From contig CAXXQS010000002.1 of the NCBI GenBank assembly GCA_963674735.2, positions 416,001 to 480,000 on the forward strand: a DNA stretch of 64,000 bases, read 5' to 3'. The notes below the pieces were generated by a model. The model saw only the letters and a program-made list of their open reading frames with translations, was not told the DNA's origin and ran no database searches. This DNA comes from Myxococcota bacterium (GTDB lineage Bacteria > Myxococcota_A > SURF-8). The position numbers and the translations under genes were made by a program. Within the stretch, counting starts at the first letter, position 1. The number at the start of each line of letters is the position of its first letter. Shown here one piece after another: positions 58,337 to 64,000 of this stretch.

Positions 58337-59011
58337 TCAGGTGCTTTTTTTCTTGGGTAAAGGCAGGTTGCCGGACGGATTGAAATGATGGACGCCGCCC
58401 TGGATGGATTGGATTTTCTCGAACAGCTCGACGAAATCGTCGGGATTTTCCACGAAATCGATCTGCTCGGTATTGACCATCAGCATGGGCGTATCGGTGT
58501 AGTTGAAGAAATATTCGTTGTAGGCCGTCACCACCGATTCGAGATAGTCGGGGGTCATGGCCGATTCGTAATCTTTGGCGCGCTTGTTCACGCGCTTGAT
58601 CAGCCGTTCCACCGAGGCGTACATGTACACGACCAAATCAGGTGGAGCCAGGTCTTCAACCACGTGGTCGAAAATCTGTTCGTAAAGGGTCAACTCGGCC
58701 TGCGACAGAGATAACGCCGCGAAGATACGGTCTTTTTCGAAAAGGTAATCGGAAACCAGGGTGTCGTGAAACAGGTCGGCCTGCAATAGATCTTGCTGTT
58801 GCCGCCAGCGCGAGAGCAGGAAGAAAATCTGTGTCTGAAAGGCGTATTGCTTGGGCGCACGATAGTAGTCTTGCAGAAACGGATTTTCGTCGGCGCGTTC
58901 GAGGATCAACTCGGCGTCGAGTTTGGCCGCCAGCATATTGGCCAGGGTGGTTTTACCCACGCCGATGGGGCCCTCCACCACGATATATCGATTGTTTTTG
59001 TTCTTCACCAC
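58337..59011 (-). CDS. Deoxynucleoside kinase
   Basis: VEGPIGVGKTTLA, NPFL, AFQTQIFFLLSR and SDYLFEKD motifs. Confidence 0.9.
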   Translation of the reverse strand: MVKNKNNRYIVVEGPIGVGKTTLANMLAAKLDAELILERADENPFLQDYYRAPKQYAFQTQIFFLLSRWRQQQDLLQADLFHDTLVSDYLFEKDRIFAALSLSQAELTLYEQIFDHVVEDLAPPDLVVYMYASVERLIKRVNKRAKDYESAMTPDYLESVVTAYNEYFFNYTDTPMLMVNTEQIDFVENPDDFVELFEKIQSIQGGVHHFNPSGNLPLPKKKST

Positions 59012-59144
59012 GGCTTGTCTCGCAGGCTTGAATTTAGGGCATTATACAAGAAACACCCGGCTTGTAAACGTAAAAGGCACGGCGGATGAATTTGCTGGCG
59101 GAGCCGCTTGAAAGAAGCTAGGATAAGCGGAGAAGGAGCTGTCT

Positions 59145-59630
59145 ATGGCTAAGAAAAAAAAACCCAGTCTGGCCAACGCCGATGGGATCAAGATCGTCAC
59201 CAAAAACCGCAAGGCGCGGCATCTGTTCGCCATATCCGAAACCTACGAAGCCGGGATGGCGCTGATGGGAACCGAAGTGAAATCCTTGCGGTCGGGACGG
59301 GCGAGCCTCGGCGACGCCTATGCGCGCATCCTCAACGGGGAAGTCTGGCTGGAAAACTGCCACATCGACGAATACGAGATGGGCAACCGCTTCAACCATA
59401 ACCCGTTGCGCCCGCGTCGTCTGCTCTTGCATCGACGCGAAATCAAAAAGCTGACAGCCAAGGTAGCCGAACGCGGCTATACCCTGGTGGCCCTGGCGAT
59501 CTACTTCAAGCACAACCGCGCCAAGGTGGAGTTGGGCCTGGCCAAGGGCAAGAAATTGTTCGATCGCCGCGAGGATATCAAAAAACGCGACGAGCAGCGC
59601 CAACTCGACCGCTTGCGGCGCGTGCGCTGA
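59145..59630 (+). CDS. smpB: SsrA-binding protein
   Basis: NRKARH, EAG-x2-L-x-GTEVKSLR, RLLLHRREI and GKKLFDRR motifs. Confidence 0.96.
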   Translation: MAKKKKPSLANADGIKIVTKNRKARHLFAISETYEAGMALMGTEVKSLRSGRASLGDAYARILNGEVWLENCHIDEYEMGNRFNHNPLRPRRLLLHRREIKKLTAKVAERGYTLVALAIYFKHNRAKVELGLAKGKKLFDRREDIKKRDEQRQLDRLRRVR

Positions 59631-59657
59631 CGCCCTACCACCCAACGTAGGGCGTTT
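59630..59657 (+). terminator. Hairpin after smpB (terminator or GTAG-type REP)
   Basis: ACGCCCTAC-cacccaac-GTAGGGCGT 9-bp stem followed by a short T run. Confidence 0.5.
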
Positions 59658-59705
59658 CAACTCTAAGCTTTTCACCGTTTTCCACCCACTATAATTCGGC
59701 TTACG

Positions 59706-59781
59706 GGGTGCCATGGGCCAAGCCTTTGGCTTGCCCATGCTGTTTTCACGGGCAAACCTGACGGTTTCGCCCGTGCCACCC
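59706..59781. repeat. Inverted doublet of REP-like palindromes
   Basis: GGGTGCCATGGGCCAAGCC-ttt-GGCTTGCCCATG, and on the opposite strand GGGTGGCACGGGCGAAACC-gtca-GGTTTGCCCGTG. Confidence 0.6.
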
Positions 59782-60095
59782 ATCATCGATCGAAGATGAT
59801 TCGAGACTCAATCAGAATTGAAATGCCCTACCACCCAACGCGGTTATTCGATACCTCGCTTCTCCTGTAGCTGTCTAGAATGGTATCCAAAAGAGCGGCT
59901 GAACTTCCCCTTGCTGGCTCCGGCTCCCGATTCGCATTGTTAGAACTCGGTTAAGCGGCGTCGATGACGTTGACGAAACCCCGGCTCTTGGGTAGTTTGA
60001 CGCCAATTGACGGGGTATATGGGTAGCTGGCTTGGCCAAACCCCGCTTTTTGACTCGACCCCAACGACGGCAACGGATACGGCAGGAGGTTTTCG

Positions 60096-61208
60096 ATGCG
60101 TAGATCCCGCTTGGTTTTATGGATGATCTTGTGTCTGATGCTCGTCGCACTGGCGGGCTGTGGCGGTGACGAGTCCGTTCCCGACGGCGACACCCCCGAT
60201 GGTGACACCCCCGACGGCGACGACCCCGACGGCGACGACCCCGACGGCGACACCCCCGACGGCGACACCCCCGACGGTGACACTCCCGATGGCGACGAGC
60301 CGGTCGGCGAGGCCTTCCAATTCGTGGTCATCACCGATACCCATGTCCGCCTGCCCGGCAATCCCGACGATGAGCACTACGACAATCAGCAGAACCTCGA
60401 CAACCTCGAAGACGCCGTGGCGATCATCAACACCGATTTCGCCGATGCCGACTTCGTGGCCATCACCGGCGATCTGGCGGGCTGCTTGTACTCCGACGAT
60501 CCCGCCGATTACGGAATAGACGAGCCCAACCCCGCCGAAACCTTTAAAAGCCTGGCCGATCAACTGGACGCGCCTTATTACGCCGTGCTCGGCAACCACG
60601 ACTACCAGCTCGATTACGATACCGACCTCGACGAAGGCGTCACGTCCCCGGATGGCCCGGCCATGGAAGCGGTATGGAAGAAAGTGCTCGGTATCGATCC
60701 TTACTACGCGCTCCTGCACGAAGGCATCAAAATGATCTTCCTCAATGCCAATCGCGGCGACGCCTATCTGGATGTTTGCTCCGGCTGCCAGGCCGAAGCC
60801 GCCTGCACCGGGTCGTTCGACAGCGAGCAGCTCACCTGGTTGGAAACCGAGTTGGATAGCGGCGAACCGGCGATCCTGTTTCTGCATCATCCCCTCTTCA
60901 CCGATTCGGACGAGGCGTTGTTCTGCTTCTTCGATACCTTCCTGGTCGAAGCGGACGATCCCTTCTACGACATTGCCGAGACTTACAAAGAGCAGCTTCT
61001 GGCCGTCTTCACCGGACACGGCCATCTCTTCGAGCGCGATACGCTGTTTGGAACCGTTCCGGTATATGAAACCAGCTCCCTCGGCGATACCAACGGCCAC
61101 CCGGAAAACATCCATGTGGTGGACGTCAACCCGGTCGGTCCCGAATTGACCGTCAGCATCGTGCGCGACGGAGTGGAATACTGGAGCGAGATGATGAGCG
61201 GCGAATAA
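60096..61208 (+). CDS. Calcineurin-like metallophosphoesterase lipoprotein
   Basis: Lipobox LAGC; DTH, TGD, GNHD, HHP and GHGH motifs; AGGAGG RBS. Confidence 0.9.
   Translation: MRRSRLVLWMILCLMLVALAGCGGDESVPDGDTPDGDTPDGDDPDGDDPDGDTPDGDTPDGDTPDGDEPVGEAFQFVVITDTHVRLPGNPDDEHYDNQQNLDNLEDAVAIINTDFADADFVAITGDLAGCLYSDDPADYGIDEPNPAETFKSLADQLDAPYYAVLGNHDYQLDYDTDLDEGVTSPDGPAMEAVWKKVLGIDPYYALLHEGIKMIFLNANRGDAYLDVCSGCQAEAACTGSFDSEQLTWLETELDSGEPAILFLHHPLFTDSDEALFCFFDTFLVEADDPFYDIAETYKEQLLAVFTGHGHLFERDTLFGTVPVYETSSLGDTNGHPENIHVVDVNPVGPELTVSIVRDGVEYWSEMMSGE
60180..60299 (+). repeat. 15-bp tandem repeat x8 encoding (PDGD-T/D/E)
   Basis: cccgacggcgacacc-type units read directly in the sequence. Confidence 0.9.
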
Positions 61209-61230
61209 GCATCGCTCTTAGGTGATATCG

Positions 61231-61257
61231 ACGGCGGGTTTCGACCCGCCGTTTTTT
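61231..61257 (+). terminator. Intrinsic terminator
   Basis: ACGGCGGGT-ttcg-ACCCGCCGT followed by TTTTT, between convergent genes. Confidence 0.8.
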
Positions 61258-61276
61258 GTGGAGAGAACCCGCGAGA

Positions 61277-62359
61277 TCAGGGTTTCGTCAACTGCTTGAC
61301 CCAGATATTCATGTCCTCGAACTTGCCGAAGATATCGCAGTTGTTCACCAGACGACCGGAAAATTGGTAGCCCAGTTTGAAGAAACTGCGATTCATGCCC
61401 GTGCTGACGGCGCGCGCCAGAGTATAGGCGGTGATGATGCCTTCCTGTCGCAGATCGTCCTCCAACTCCGTGAGCAGATGCTGCATCAATCCTTTGCCCT
61501 GAGCCTCGGGGACGGTGGCGCAGTCGGTCATTTCCGCATTGAGATGCTTGCGGTTGATGTCGGCGCTGGCGGCGGCCAGGGCGCGATCATCGGCCAACGC
61601 CACGCGGTAGATCACGTTGCGCTCCATGGTCGACTGGATGTAATCGGGGTTCGTGAGCGGCGACGGATAGGTTTCGAATACGCTGCGGTATATCGCACAT
61701 AGCTGCGGGATATGTTCCTCCTGCGCCCGCACGATATGGACGTCGGGATCGAGGGTATGCATCGTACCGCGGTCGGATTCGTAAATCATTTCTTCAACCA
61801 GTCGCGCCTCTTCCAGAATCTCGTTGCTTTCCAGGCGTTCCTTGGACGAAAAACGCGAGAGCACGAAGGCGTCGCGGCCACGGAAATAGTAGCGCAGTAT
61901 GCCTTCCATCATGTAGCCGTGGGAAAGAAATCTCTGGAAATCGCTTTCATCGGCTTTGACGAAAATTTTGTCGAAGTCGTTCGATTCGGCCAGATACGCC
62001 ATACGGCGGATCATGGCGGTGTAATCTTCCGCTTCATAATCCAGTATTTTCAGGCGTTTGTTATAGTAATCGAAGAATACGTTCACTTTGTAGCCGTCGT
62101 CTTCGATTTCGAAATCCAGTCCATAAATCGTGCCTACCACGGTTGTCCTCACTCCCTTATCGAGGGTCAACTGCACCAGTCCCATTTTCTTGTCGGTCGG
62201 GTTGAGCCCGCTCCACTCGTCGGTGGGCGCATCCGCCTCATCGGCCACGTCGAGCGCAATCCCCGGCTCGTTCGGCTCTACCACGACAGCGGCGAGCTGA
62301 GCGCCCTTTGGGTCGGGTGTGGTATTTTTATTTTCGGATTGTTTTTTCGGAGCGCTCAT
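61277..62359 (-). CDS. ablB: Putative beta-lysine N-acetyltransferase (double GNAT)
   Basis: DYYNKRL, KIFVK, VFETYPSP, NAEMTDCAT, GKGLM, YTLARAVSTGMN, GRLVNNC and EDMNIW motifs. Start at MSAPKK. Confidence 0.85.
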   Translation of the reverse strand: MSAPKKQSENKNTTPDPKGAQLAAVVVEPNEPGIALDVADEADAPTDEWSGLNPTDKKMGLVQLTLDKGVRTTVVGTIYGLDFEIEDDGYKVNVFFDYYNKRLKILDYEAEDYTAMIRRMAYLAESNDFDKIFVKADESDFQRFLSHGYMMEGILRYYFRGRDAFVLSRFSSKERLESNEILEEARLVEEMIYESDRGTMHTLDPDVHIVRAQEEHIPQLCAIYRSVFETYPSPLTNPDYIQSTMERNVIYRVALADDRALAAASADINRKHLNAEMTDCATVPEAQGKGLMQHLLTELEDDLRQEGIITAYTLARAVSTGMNRSFFKLGYQFSGRLVNNCDIFGKFEDMNIWVKQLTKP

Positions 62360-63774
62360 CGCGCACCTCCTTCGGAATAAAGATGGGTCCGTTTGGACGG
62401 ACGGAGAATCGTCAAAACAAGCAACGTAACGGCCGATAGCGGCAGCGCCAGCAGAATCGGATCGTCGAACGGGGACAGATGCGGAAACGCGGTGAGCAGG
62501 AGAATGGCGAATCCGCCCGCCAGCATGCCGCCCACGGCGGCCACCGATGATACGCGTTTCCAAAGCAGCCCCGCCAGCGTCGGCACGAACAGACCCGAAA
62601 CCATGAAGCTGTAGGCCAGCAGGATGCTGTCGAGTACCTTGGGAACCGCCAGGGCGATCAACACCGACAGACAGCCGACTCCCAGAGTGGTCAGGCGGCT
62701 GACGTTGAGCAGGCGGCGGTCTGTGGCATCGGGTTGCAGATACTTATGGTAGAAATCGGTCACCAGGTTGCCCACCGAGGCCAGCAGGCAGCTGTCGGCC
62801 GTGCTCATGATGGCCGAGAAATAGGCGGCGCTGACCAGTCCGATCAGGCCCACCGGCAGCACGTTGCGAATCAAAAGCGGCAGGCCCATCTCCGATTCGG
62901 CCTCGGGAAACATCACCCGCGCGATCATGCCGAGCACCACACCCAAAAAGGCCATCAGCGGCCATTCGAGCAGACCGGCCAGAAACCAGGCGCGCTGGGC
63001 GGTTTTGACGTCGCGGGTGGCGTAAATGCGCTGGTAGAGCGTCATGCCGACAAACCAGATGGGCACGATCGTGAACATCCAGGAGAAGAAGGTACCCAGG
63101 CTGATATTCGTCAGGCTGAAGTGGCTGGCGGGCAGAGCCGCCCTGAGGGCGTCGAGTCCGCCCACTTCCACATAAGCAAAGGGCAGAGCGAAAAACAGCA
63201 AGCCGCCAAGCAGCACCGCCCACTGAATGGAGTCGGTGGCGACGACCGCCTGCAAACCGCCGAAAGACGTGTACAAAATGGCGACACCCGCCATCAGCAA
63301 AACGGCGGCGATCAGGCTGATATCGAAAACGGCGCTGCCCAGTTTGGCTCCGGCCAACACCTGCGAACCCACGAAGCCGGCGTAGCCGATGCCCGATACC
63401 AGGGCCGCGATCAAACGCGCGGTGGAATTGAAACGGCGTTCCAGAAACTCGGGATAGGTGAGCAGGCCGAAACGGTCGCCGATGGTTTTGACGCGCGGAA
63501 TCATGATGACCGCCGCCAGCCAGGCGCCGATAAGGCCCGAGAACAACAGCCACGATCCCGAGAGTCCCATGGCGAAACCCAGGCCGCCCAAACCGATGGA
63601 AAACCCGCCACCCACGTCGGTGGCGACCACCGAGAAGCCGATGTGACCCGCCCCCATATCGCGATTTCCTACAAAGTAGGCTTCCACCCCCGATTGGCGT
63701 TTCAGATAATAAACGCCGATGCCGAGCAGAACGACGAGATAACCGAGCAGAATAGTGAGATCGATCCAATGCAT
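62356..63774 (-). CDS. Sodium:solute symporter family protein
   Basis: YFVGNR, SVVATDVGGG, YTSFGGLQAVVATD, YQRIYA and SAIMSTADS motifs; overlaps the ablB start. Confidence 0.9.
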   Translation of the reverse strand: MHWIDLTILLGYLVVLLGIGVYYLKRQSGVEAYFVGNRDMGAGHIGFSVVATDVGGGFSIGLGGLGFAMGLSGSWLLFSGLIGAWLAAVIMIPRVKTIGDRFGLLTYPEFLERRFNSTARLIAALVSGIGYAGFVGSQVLAGAKLGSAVFDISLIAAVLLMAGVAILYTSFGGLQAVVATDSIQWAVLLGGLLFFALPFAYVEVGGLDALRAALPASHFSLTNISLGTFFSWMFTIVPIWFVGMTLYQRIYATRDVKTAQRAWFLAGLLEWPLMAFLGVVLGMIARVMFPEAESEMGLPLLIRNVLPVGLIGLVSAAYFSAIMSTADSCLLASVGNLVTDFYHKYLQPDATDRRLLNVSRLTTLGVGCLSVLIALAVPKVLDSILLAYSFMVSGLFVPTLAGLLWKRVSSVAAVGGMLAGGFAILLLTAFPHLSPFDDPILLALPLSAVTLLVLTILRPSKRTHLYSEGGAR

Positions 63775-63776
63775 GT

Positions 63777-64000
63777 TCAGGCCTTTTTCAATATCTGGAG
63801 AACGGGCTTCAATTCATCGGCCGGTTCAAGAACCGGCGTCTCGCCTGTCGGTTCGGCCAGAAGCGGCTCGTCGGTTTCACAGGCGGTCTCGCTTTCGAAG
63901 GCCGACCGGTCGGGCTGGCTGAGGTGTTCGAGTTGCTTCTCCACCGACAAGATCAAACGCTCGCGCTGGCGCAGCGGAAGCGAGTCGAGCAGGTGCAGGA
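63777..64000 (-). CDS. 3' end of a CDS entering from the window edge (possibly a MarR-like regulator)
   Basis: Open frame ...LHLLDSLPLRQRERLILSVEKQL...LQILKKA* ends 2 nt before the symporter ATG. The family guess is weak. Confidence 0.5.
   Translation of the reverse strand, partial: LHLLDSLPLRQRERLILSVEKQLEHLSQPDRSAFESETACETDEPLLAEPTGETPVLEPADELKPVLQILKKA

Noticed and set aside
59747-59775. GGCAAACC resembling the start of a c-di-GMP-I riboswitch
   Set aside because: It lacks the GAAA loop and the GCAAAGC second stem, and is better explained as a simple palindrome.
59631-60095. tmRNA (ssrA) expected next to smpB
   Set aside because: No GGGG...TTCGAC 5' end paired with a T-arm/CCACCA 3' end was found on either strand.
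60180-60299. Short repeats as a possible CRISPR array
   Set aside because: They are contiguous in-frame 15-bp coding repeats with no spacers and no cas genes.

Overview
GC-rich chromosomal segment of a Gram-negative bacterium. Gene content suggests a deltaproteobacterial/Myxococcota-like lineage (inference only). Housekeeping genes: hisC (partial), hisG with a His-leader attenuator, tatD, metG, PSP1/RicT, holB, epmA, folE2, mgtE, recO, an MsbA-like exporter, hisS, tmk, panC, a deoxynucleoside kinase, smpB and ablB. Accessory loci: (i) a TtpB/TtpC-type TonB operon with receptor and surface lipoprotein, with a Pho-box-like site upstream and a convergent DtxR-family regulator; (ii) a pair of exported AMMECR1/alpha-toroid lipoproteins; (iii) a three-gene unit of a NodC/hyaluronan-synthase-like GT2, an adaptor (MFP)-like protein and a TolC-like protein with no ABC/RND pump, the best candidate for an undescribed glycan synthesis-export system; (iv) a 2-kb AT-rich DUF262+HEPN cassette bounded by a 57/59-bp direct repeat of the 3' end of a lipid kinase gene, with no integrase; (v) an alkyl-DHAP-synthase-like gene in a GlcDEF-like operon with a lipid kinase. 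No rRNA, tRNA, tmRNA, CRISPR array or transposase was recognised. All family assignments come from motifs read by eye, not from database searches.
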